DNA of 64,000 nucleotides from an uncultured Opitutales bacterium. Lineage in GTDB: Bacteria > Verrucomicrobiota > Verrucomicrobiia > Opitutales > JBHJGM01. Position numbers and translations under genes: made by a program. This document shows, in pieces, positions 13,623 through 20,725 of this stretch. Positions within the stretch are counted from its first letter, which is position 1. The number at the start of each line of letters is the position of its first letter. Under the pieces are notes generated by a model. The model worked only from the letters and a program-made list of their open reading frames with translations. It ran no database searches and had not been told where the DNA came from. The stretch is taken from assembly GCA_964405825.1 (NCBI GenBank), contig CAYOPI010000002.1, forward strand, positions 32,728-96,727, given 5' to 3'.

Positions 13623-14397
13623 CGATGACCTCAGCTTGGATGTCTTTTTTGGTTTGCAGATTGCGGATGCGGATGAACTCGCCGCGGCCTCCGTCTTCCA
13701 GGGCCACCGCCTTCATCGAAATGTGCAGCAGGCCGTCGTCACAGACCGCCTCGATAACTTCGCCTTCACGCACAAGCGGGATCGTCTTGACGTCGCGCCA
13801 GAGCAGGGGACGTCCGGCAGTCACGGTTCGGACCATCTCGAAGTCGCGCATGTCGGCGTCGGCTGCGACCACCGGGTTGTGCATCTCCAGCAGGTCGATC
13901 TCACGGATCATCAACTCGTCCTCCACCACGACGGTGCCGGTGTTGAGGCTGCGCTGGGCAAAGAAGACCTCGCGCCAGAGCTGTGCGCGCACCGGCAGGC
14001 GAAACGTCCCGGCAGGCTGACCGTCGACCTGGAGCTTGAATCCGAGCAGGAAGCTGCTGGTCAGCCCGGCACCGGGGTACTCGGTGATCTCCACGTGCCA
14101 GTCTTCAGTGCGCGGCTGCAGCGGACGCCACGCCTTCAAAAAGCCCAACTTGAGTTTACCGGGCTCGTTGAAGCGCGCCTGCAGCAGCAACGCCAGCCGT
14201 TCGGTGATCGCGCGGGCGTCGATGAGCGGCGGCAGCTCAGGACGCTCGGGCTCAGTCGAAGCCACCCGGGGTGCTTTCGTCACGAGCGGCTCAGGCTTGT
14301 CGATGGGCTCAAGCAGTGAGTTCAGATCGGCTTGCACCGAGGGGCACAAGCCGCAGGCGAGGGCCAGCAAAAGCCAGTTGAGGAAACGGAAGTTCAT
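13594..14397 (-). CDS. flgA: flagellar P-ring formation chaperone FlgA
   Basis: 267 aa with a signal peptide (MNFRFLNWLLLALACGLC). The C-terminal SAF-like region reads VRTVTAGRPLLWRDVKTIPLVREGEVIEAVCDDGLLHISMKAVALEDGGRGEFIRIRNLQTKKDIQAEV. It lies between flgG and flgH. Confidence 0.8.
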   Translation of the reverse strand: MNFRFLNWLLLALACGLCPSVQADLNSLLEPIDKPEPLVTKAPRVASTEPERPELPPLIDARAITERLALLLQARFNEPGKLKLGFLKAWRPLQPRTEDWHVEITEYPGAGLTSSFLLGFKLQVDGQPAGTFRLPVRAQLWREVFFAQRSLNTGTVVVEDELMIREIDLLEMHNPVVAADADMRDFEMVRTVTAGRPLLWRDVKTIPLVREGEVIEAVCDDGLLHISMKAVALEDGGRGEFIRIRNLQTKKDIQAEVIDDKKARVHF

Positions 14398-14415
14398 GAA
14401 AAGTCTGGTGAGGGA

Positions 14416-15195
14416 TCAGCGCTTGAGCTGGGTAACGCGCGAGAGCATGTCGTCGCTGGTCTGGATGGCCTTGGAGTTGATCTCGTAGGCCCGCTGGGCC
14501 ACGATCATGTCCACCATCTCCTGGACGACGTTGACGTTGGACATCTCCAGAAAGCCCTGGCGCAGGTGGCCAAAGCCGTTGTCGCCCGGAGTGCCGGACT
14601 CGGGCGTACCGCTGGCGGGAGTCTCCTGGTAAAGGTTGCCGCCCATCGAGCGCAGCCCGCCCGGATTGGCGAAGCGGACCAGGCCAATGTTGAAGGTCTG
14701 CTGGCCTCCGGGACTGCGCACGGTCACCTGCCCACCCGGCGCGATGGCAAAGTCGAGGTAGTCCGACGGAAGGTTTGACAGGCCGGAAATTGGGTAGCCG
14801 TCGTTGTTGACCATGCGGCCATTGGCATCGACTTTCCAGGCGCCGTCGCGGGTGTAGGCCGTGGAGCCATCAGGCAGGTCGATCTCAAAGAAGCCCACCC
14901 CTTCGATGGCCAGGTCGGACTCCTTGGCGGTCTGCGTCAGCTGGCCCTGGGTGAACACCTTCGTTGTGGAGACAACCTCCACGCCGTTGCCCACAGCCAC
15001 TCCGGACGGGCGCACGTTGCCGTTGCCCACCTCGGTGCCCGGCTGGCGCAGCTGCTGATAGAGCAGGTCCTGGAACTCCAGCTTGCTCTTCTTGAAGCCC
15101 GTCGTGTTGACGTTGGCGATGTTGTTGGAGATCGCGTTGAGGTTGAGCTGCTGGGCCTCCATCCCGGTGGCCGAGGAGTATAGGGAGAGATTCAT
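14416..15195 (-). CDS. flgG: flagellar distal rod protein FlgG
   Basis: 259 aa. ISNNIANVNTTGFKKSKLEFQDLLYQ...DLAIEGVGFFEI...YTRDGAWKVD...GFLEMSNVNVVQEMVDMIVAQRAYEINSKAIQTSDDML. Confidence 0.9.
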   Translation of the reverse strand: MNLSLYSSATGMEAQQLNLNAISNNIANVNTTGFKKSKLEFQDLLYQQLRQPGTEVGNGNVRPSGVAVGNGVEVVSTTKVFTQGQLTQTAKESDLAIEGVGFFEIDLPDGSTAYTRDGAWKVDANGRMVNNDGYPISGLSNLPSDYLDFAIAPGGQVTVRSPGGQQTFNIGLVRFANPGGLRSMGGNLYQETPASGTPESGTPGDNGFGHLRQGFLEMSNVNVVQEMVDMIVAQRAYEINSKAIQTSDDMLSRVTQLKR

Positions 15196-15251
15196 GGAAG
15201 AGTTGCTTGAGCTTTGACGGGACTGTCCGGTGAGGGTGTGTCTTCAGAAAA

Positions 15252-16001
15252 TCAGGACACACCGAGAGCGGAGACGGAGTCCTGATAGCGATCATCGTAG
15301 GACTGAATGACTTTCTGGCTGGCCTCGTAGCTTCGCGAAATCTGGATCATCTTGATCATCTCCTCGACGGGAGAGACGTTGCTTCCCTCGTGCGCGCCGG
15401 GCACAATGCTCGGTTCCAGCAGGGGGGAGGCAACGGCATCGGAGCCTGCCGGGAGCGCGAAGCCGGTCCCGCGCGCCAGCAGCGCCTCCAGGCGATCGAT
15501 GGTGGACACCTTCAGGCTGCCGATCTGCGTGTCGCCCTGAAAGACGTTGCCCTTGTCGTCGAAGTGCAGGTCGCCGTTACCGGGGACAGCCTGAATCGGG
15601 CCGCCCTGCCCCAGCACGGTGAGGCCGCTCTTGGTGACAAGCCGGCCCTCGTTGTTGACCAGAAACTGACCATCGCGCGTGTAAAGCGTGTCGCCGTTGA
15701 CATCCTCAACCTCGAAAAAGCCCGGCCCCTGCACGGCGGCGTGCGTGCGCTGGCCCGAGTGGATGATCGGCCCCTGCGTGTGAATGATCTGGGTGTGGCC
15801 CTCCGGAGTCAGTCCACCCATCATCTGCTCGAAGTTACGGCCCGTCACTGAAGGCACTGCGCCGAGTTCGATGGCGTTGAAGGCCATGCCGGCCTTCTTG
15901 AAACCCGCCGCCGACGCGAACGCCAGGTTGTGCGCGGTGGCGTTCTGCCACTGCTCCAGGCTGTCCAGCGATGCCGCCCCTTGATACAGGCCCACGTTCA
16001 T
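15252..16001 (-). CDS. flgF: flagellar proximal rod protein FlgF
   Basis: The start is moved to MNVGLYQGAASLDS (ATG at 16001) within ORF 15252..16031. Rod-protein N-terminus: HNLAFASAAGFKK. Also GPGFFEV...YTRDGQF. C-terminus: EGSNVSPVEEMIKMIQISRSYEASQKVIQSYDD. Confidence 0.8.
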   Translation of the reverse strand: MNVGLYQGAASLDSLEQWQNATAHNLAFASAAGFKKAGMAFNAIELGAVPSVTGRNFEQMMGGLTPEGHTQIIHTQGPIIHSGQRTHAAVQGPGFFEVEDVNGDTLYTRDGQFLVNNEGRLVTKSGLTVLGQGGPIQAVPGNGDLHFDDKGNVFQGDTQIGSLKVSTIDRLEALLARGTGFALPAGSDAVASPLLEPSIVPGAHEGSNVSPVEEMIKMIQISRSYEASQKVIQSYDDRYQDSVSALGVS

Positions 16002-16170
16002 GCCCCCATCAAAGCAGTGCGGATGCCACAATCTTTAAGTCATTGTTATCCAGTGCTTTAAATTGCCAATAGCAACACCCTCGGAAGGGATTGCCGCCAA
16101 GGGTGCCCGCCGAATGTAAAGAGCGTAAAGGCGGCGCGCGTTCTGCGCATCGGTAAAAGACCCTAGCCTG

Positions 16171-16198
16171 TGACTCAAAACACCGGAGCCCTCCGGTG
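16171..16198 (-). terminator. rho-independent terminator after the motA-motB-orf91 unit
   Basis: The minus-strand RNA reads CACCGGA-GGGC-UCCGGUG, a 7-bp stem with a 4-nt loop (16181..16198), followed by UUUUGAGUCA (16180..16171). It starts 4 nt after the stop at 16203. Confidence 0.55.
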
Positions 16199-16202
16199 CC
16201 GG

Positions 16203-16478
16203 TCAGGAGCCTTCGCAGTCCAGCTCGAGATCGAGTTGCCGGGTGCCCTGAGCGTAGGTGACGCGGATGCGCCGCACGCGATCGCCCTCACTGATGACCT
16301 CCACCACCGGCGCTTCCGGATCGTCGGGATCGGCGTGGATGACCTCGGGTTCGGCCGGCGTCTCCACCCGGGAGCGCGGCTGATTGAGGTGCTGGCCCAT
16401 TGAAGCGAAGACACCCGGCCCTTCGGCGGAACGAAAGGGACCCTTGGTCTTTGAGCAGGCTTTGGCGAGGTCTTCCAT
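16203..16478 (-). CDS. hypothetical small protein downstream of motB
   Basis: 91 aa with host-like GC3-rich codon usage, starting 11 nt after the motB stop. The C-terminal part, PVVEVISEGDRVRRIRVTYAQGTRQLDLELDCEGS, looks like a folded beta-rich module. No family recognised. An alternative start is MGQHLNQ. Confidence 0.5.
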   Translation of the reverse strand: MEDLAKACSKTKGPFRSAEGPGVFASMGQHLNQPRSRVETPAEPEVIHADPDDPEAPVVEVISEGDRVRRIRVTYAQGTRQLDLELDCEGS

Positions 16479-16489
16479 GGCGTGTCTTG

Positions 16490-17242
16490 CTAATAGCTCA
16501 CCTTGTCGGCTTCCATGACCTCAAGGCTCAGCTCGATGCGCTGGTTGGAGGGGTCATCGGGCGGGACACCCGGCAGCGCGTGGCGGTCACCATAGCCGCT
16601 GATCTGAGAGACCTTTTCCGGGTCCAGGGCAAAGTGTTCAAGCAGACGCCGGGTGGCGTTGGCGCGGTCGGTGGTGAGTTCCCAAACGCCATACTCCTCC
16701 GAGATCTTGGGGTAGCCCGCCGGTGTGTAGGCGTCGATGCGCACCCGCAGCTCGTAGCGGTCCATCAGCCAGGAGAGGTTCTGCACGGCAAAGCGGCCCC
16801 AGTGGGTGAACTCGGCAGTGTGCTTGCGAAAGAGCGGCTTACCCGGGCGGTCGTACAGGGTAATGCGCAGGCCTTCCTGGGTGACGTCGATCTGGACGGG
16901 CTTCTCGGACTCGTCCTGGTTGACGTTCATGAGCTTGTAGAACTCGTCGGCGATCTGCTCCAGGGTGGCCAGGTTGATGCGGCTGCGCCCGCCGGGGTCG
17001 GTCTCGGAGATGCTGGCCTGCGCCGGGCTGCCGTTGGTGAAGTCCAGCAGACCTTCGCCGCTGGTCTGGGGGACCTCAAAGGGGTTCTGGAAGTAGCGCG
17101 AGGTGGCCATGACGATCTCCTCATCCTGAGAGCAGATCCACAGCACCATAAACAGCGCCATCATGGCCGTCACGAAGTCGGCGTAGGCGACCTTCCAGGC
17201 TCCGCCGTGGTGCTCACCGTGTTTCTTCTTCTTGCGCGCCAT
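16490..17242 (-). CDS. motB: flagellar stator protein MotB
   Basis: 250 aa. N-terminus: GGAWKVAYADFVTAMMALFMVLW, containing the conserved Asp. The C-terminus is OmpA-like: TDRANATRRLL...GYGDRHAL...NQRIEL. Confidence 0.9.
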   Translation of the reverse strand: MARKKKKHGEHHGGAWKVAYADFVTAMMALFMVLWICSQDEEIVMATSRYFQNPFEVPQTSGEGLLDFTNGSPAQASISETDPGGRSRINLATLEQIADEFYKLMNVNQDESEKPVQIDVTQEGLRITLYDRPGKPLFRKHTAEFTHWGRFAVQNLSWLMDRYELRVRIDAYTPAGYPKISEEYGVWELTTDRANATRRLLEHFALDPEKVSQISGYGDRHALPGVPPDDPSNQRIELSLEVMEADKVSY

Positions 17243-17256
17243 CGCCGTGGAAAGGG

Positions 17257-18120
17257 TTACTTCGCGCCCCCAAGGGACTTGAGGATCTGCTCCAGTTCAT
17301 CGGCTTCGGGCTGCATCTCGGCATCGAGGGTGCGGCGGGCGATCTCGATCGCCATCAGTGGGGCCAGGCCCTTGGCAAAACCCGAGACCGACTTGGACAT
17401 GACACCGAAGTACTGGAAATGGGAGCGGTGGTTGAAGGTGATGCGCTTGCACAACGGGTTGATGAAACCATACGCGCCAAAAACTCCGAGGAACGTTCCG
17501 GTGAGGGCCGCGGCCACCTTGTAGCCGACCATCTCCGGGCCTTCGGCGATGGCGCCCATCGTGTTGATGATACCCAGAACGGCCGCGACAATACCGATGC
17601 CCGGCAGGGAGTCGCCTACGAGATTGAGCACGCCGACAGGGCCGTGCGCCTGCTCTTCCTTGGCGTCGATTTCGGAGTCGAGAATGTCCTCAAGCTGGTC
17701 GGGCTTGATCTTGCCGTCGATGATCGGGCGTAGGGCATTGCAGAGAAACTGGATGCGCTCGGGCTCGTGGCTGATGCTGGGGTAGCGCTGGAAAATGCTG
17801 CTGTTGTTGGGGTCGGAGACGTGCTCGTCGAGAGCGATCAGGCCATTGCGCCGACCGATCATGAAGATCTCGTAGAGCATCTTGAGCAGGTCCATGAAGT
17901 CCTCCTTGCCCGCGCCGTGGCCGGAGAAGCTGCCCTTGATGTCGCCCACGAGCGCCTTCACCACGCTGGGCGGGCTGGCGATCATCAGAACGCCGGCCGA
18001 GATGCCCCCGATCACCACAAACTCCGAGATGTGCAACAACACCACGGGGTTGCCCCCGGCGATCATGAAACCGCCGATGGTAGACAGGAGAACGACCAGA
18101 AATCCGGCAATCAGGAGCAT
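17257..18120 (-). CDS. motA: flagellar stator protein MotA
   Basis: 287 aa, with four TM segments and a MotA/TolQ/ExbB-type C-terminus: LPGIGIVAAVLGIINTMGAI...VAAALTGTFLGVFGAYGFINP. Confidence 0.9.
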   Translation of the reverse strand: MLLIAGFLVVLLSTIGGFMIAGGNPVVLLHISEFVVIGGISAGVLMIASPPSVVKALVGDIKGSFSGHGAGKEDFMDLLKMLYEIFMIGRRNGLIALDEHVSDPNNSSIFQRYPSISHEPERIQFLCNALRPIIDGKIKPDQLEDILDSEIDAKEEQAHGPVGVLNLVGDSLPGIGIVAAVLGIINTMGAIAEGPEMVGYKVAAALTGTFLGVFGAYGFINPLCKRITFNHRSHFQYFGVMSKSVSGFAKGLAPLMAIEIARRTLDAEMQPEADELEQILKSLGGAK

Positions 18121-18174
18121 GGCAAAGGTGGGCGGAGAGCGTGGTCCGCCGTGATGTAAGTCGCCCGCGAAGGC

Positions 18175-18993
18175 CTACTTGTTAATCATCCGCTTCAAAT
18201 AGCCCCGCAGCCCGACGATCGCCTGTGAGTGAATCTGGCAGATGCGCGATTCGGTCAGGTTGAAAACAGCGGCGATTTCGGCCAGGCGCATGCCCTGCAG
18301 GTAGTACATCGTCAGCACGCGGCGGGGCGTGTCGGGAAGCTCCTTGAGGCGCTCGCGCAGCAGCTCCAGCATCTCGTTGTCCTCGGCCACGTCGCGCCCG
18401 TTCATCTGGGTGGCGTCGGAAATGGCGTCGTGCAGCGAGGGCGACTCGGGATCGTCGGAAGCCGGCGCGGAGTCCAGCGGGACCATGTAAATCGACCGGC
18501 GCTGCTCGCGCATGCGCTCGTGCTGCTCCTTGGTCAGGCCCAGCTCCTTGCAGATCTCCTCGTCGCTGGCCTCGCGGTTGAGGCGCTGTTCGAGTTCCTC
18601 GACGGCCTTGCGATACTTCTTGGCGTTGATGCGGTCGATCCGCGGCATCCAGTCGATGCGGCGCAGCTCATCCAGCAAGGCACCTCGCACGCGCAGCGAA
18701 GCGTAGTTGCCGAAGGAGTGCCCCTTCTTCGGATCGAAGTTGCGCGAGGCAGTGATCAGCCCGCTGACGCCGACCGAGTAGATGTCCTCCGGGTCGATGT
18801 GCGAGGGGAAGTAGATGCGCATGCGCGACACGATCGACTTGACCAGCGGCAGGTAGCTTTCGACGAGATCCCAGCGGGGCTCGCGCTTTTCCTTGGCCTG
18901 CTTGTCGTAGGCCTTCGCGGCCTGGCGGCTGCGCCCCGTATCCGGGGACGGCGGCTGCGCCGGGGGCGCCTTTTTTTCGGTAGTCGTAGCCAT
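18175..18993 (-). CDS. fliA: RNA polymerase sigma-28 factor FliA
   Basis: 272 aa. Region 2: DIYSVGVSGLITASRNFDPKKGHSFGNYASLRVRGALLDELRRIDW. Region 4: RRVLTMYYLQGMRLAEIAAVFNLTESRICQIHSQAI. Confidence 0.9.
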   Translation of the reverse strand: MATTTEKKAPPAQPPSPDTGRSRQAAKAYDKQAKEKREPRWDLVESYLPLVKSIVSRMRIYFPSHIDPEDIYSVGVSGLITASRNFDPKKGHSFGNYASLRVRGALLDELRRIDWMPRIDRINAKKYRKAVEELEQRLNREASDEEICKELGLTKEQHERMREQRRSIYMVPLDSAPASDDPESPSLHDAISDATQMNGRDVAEDNEMLELLRERLKELPDTPRRVLTMYYLQGMRLAEIAAVFNLTESRICQIHSQAIVGLRGYLKRMINK

Positions 18994-19042
18994 TGTATAC
19001 CTTCGTTGGGAGTATCAGGAACCAGTAGTTGAAAGGATGGGT

Positions 19043-19459
19043 TCAGGCCTCGGCGGTAGCGGGCTGAGGCTCGTTGGAAGTGGATTTCTCGCCCGGGCCG
19101 GCTTCCGCGTTTTCGTTCGAGCCCTCTCCGGGGCGGAGCCGGCTGGCCACCTGTCCGAGAGCTTCGGCGGCGGCACGTTCGGCCGCGGCGGCTTCTTCCT
19201 CAGCGGCCCGTTCGGCTTCCTCGCGAGCCTGGCGCATGCGCTCACGGTACTTGCGCTCAAGCACGGCCTGCATGTTGTGCAGCACGACAATCATCGCGCC
19301 CTTGCACATGAAAAACCCGATGAGGCAGCCGATGGAGCCGTTGCGCAGCGCCGCGATGGCTTCGCCGCCACCAACCATGGTGCCGAAGAAGCTGACCATG
19401 AATCCGGCGAATCCGCCCATGGCCAAAAGGAACTTGCCTTCGCGTACGACGATTTTCAT
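19043..19459 (-). CDS. hypothetical small membrane protein (two TM helices plus Glu/Ala-rich tail) in the flhF-fliA gap
   Basis: 138 aa. FLLAMGGFAGFMVSFFGTMV and IGCLIGFFMCKGAMIVVL are followed by ERKYRERMRQAREEAERAAEEEAAAAERAAAE and a Pro/Glu/Asn-rich end. It has no P-loop. It starts 18 nt after flhF and ends 49 nt before fliA. Confidence 0.6.
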   Translation of the reverse strand: MKIVVREGKFLLAMGGFAGFMVSFFGTMVGGGEAIAALRNGSIGCLIGFFMCKGAMIVVLHNMQAVLERKYRERMRQAREEAERAAEEEAAAAERAAAEALGQVASRLRPGEGSNENAEAGPGEKSTSNEPQPATAEA

Positions 19460-19477
19460 GGCGCTGGCTCGGTTCGA

Positions 19478-20701
19478 CTATCGGCCTCCGAGAGATGGCA
19501 GGGCGCGCTCCATCATGAAGCCGAAGACATCGCGGGCGCATTCGCCGCTGATGCCCGGACCTTCGCTGAAAAAGAGCGTGGGTAAACCCGAACGCAGCAG
19601 GCAGGGCCACAGGCGGTTGGGTTGGCTGAGTTCGTCCAGGTGAGAAAAGACCAGGTGCGTTGCGCCGATCTGGTGGCCCTGCTGGACGGCCTCCTTCAGC
19701 AGCTGCAGGTCGTAGGCGGCGTTGAGCACCAGCACCCGCGTGTCGACGTACTCGCCGTCCAGACGCTCGCGGGCGGCTTGCCAGCCGGCGGTGTCGCGCA
19801 GGGTCAAACCGGGCAGATCAAAGAAGACGATACCGGCCTCCGAGATGGCTTCCTGCGAATCGGTTTCGCGCATCAGGGGAAGGCCCAGCACATCGCAGTA
19901 CGTACGCAGGGCGTCGTCGGGGTTGGGCTCATCGTGGTCGAGCTTGACCACGCTGACATCCTCGGTCCGGTCGATGAAAACCTCCTGGGCCAGTTGCTTG
20001 CACAACGCCGTCGTCTTGCCCACCCCTGGCGTACCCAAAAAAGCGATACGCCGCCCCAGCGAAGGCACCTCAATCTCGCGAAGCTGCTGACCCAGCCATT
20101 GGAAGACTTCGGCCAGCGCCTGTTCGCGGGGCAAGCTGCAAAGGCGGGGCCACTCGGGCGAATCCTCCAGGCGCGAAAGCAGCCCGTCGTCGAACTGGGC
20201 CTTGCGCAGGAGTTCGGTCAGCGCGTTGACCGGACGCGACTGGGCGATGGGCTCACGCAGAATCGGCGAGGGCGCGGGCTGGGCTTCAGCCTTGTCTCGA
20301 ATCGCTTCATCCATGGGCGGGCGGGCAGATTCCGCAAAGGCGCGCTCGAGCTTCGCGGCGCTGACGGGCTTGCGAGCAAAGGCAACGCCGGAGTCAGGGT
20401 TCTCAGCCGGGACACGGCTCCGCGGCGCCTCGGGCTCTGTTGCCGGGAGACTTTCTTCAGCCCCGGGCTCGGATGGAGCATCCTCAGCTGCCTCCGCCGG
20501 GATGGTGGCGATAACCTCGAGCTTGGGACTGCTCAGGAAGCGCGTCAGACCGCGGCCATCGATCTGCTTGACCGTCAGCACGCGTGCCTTGGGGCCGAGG
20601 TTCTCGCGAATCAGCGTGACGGCTTCCTCAGCCGAGCTGACGATGAAGCGAAACTTGCGGCCGATAAGCGTTTCGGTGGGCTGGTCCTTGAGGGAGGTCA
20701 T
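19478..20701 (-). CDS. flhF: flagellar SRP-type GTPase FlhF
   Basis: 407 aa. The N-terminal B-domain reads RFIVSSAEEAVTLIRENLG. The G1 motif is AFLGTPGVGKTT, followed by DLPG and SHLDE-type G motifs. It lies directly after flhA. Confidence 0.9.
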   Translation of the reverse strand: MTSLKDQPTETLIGRKFRFIVSSAEEAVTLIRENLGPKARVLTVKQIDGRGLTRFLSSPKLEVIATIPAEAAEDAPSEPGAEESLPATEPEAPRSRVPAENPDSGVAFARKPVSAAKLERAFAESARPPMDEAIRDKAEAQPAPSPILREPIAQSRPVNALTELLRKAQFDDGLLSRLEDSPEWPRLCSLPREQALAEVFQWLGQQLREIEVPSLGRRIAFLGTPGVGKTTALCKQLAQEVFIDRTEDVSVVKLDHDEPNPDDALRTYCDVLGLPLMRETDSQEAISEAGIVFFDLPGLTLRDTAGWQAARERLDGEYVDTRVLVLNAAYDLQLLKEAVQQGHQIGATHLVFSHLDELSQPNRLWPCLLRSGLPTLFFSEGPGISGECARDVFGFMMERALPSLGGR

Positions 20702-20725
20702 GGCGTATTCAAAGTTTGGCTACGT

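Noticed and set aside
16051-16070. Sigma-54-like element TTGGCAATTTAAAGCAC on the minus strand, 50-70 nt upstream of flgF.
   Set aside because: The GG and GC dinucleotides are separated by 9 nt instead of the obligatory 10, and the -24 box is TGGCAA. It is attractive by position, but the spacing rule fails. The true flgF-operon promoter remains unidentified.
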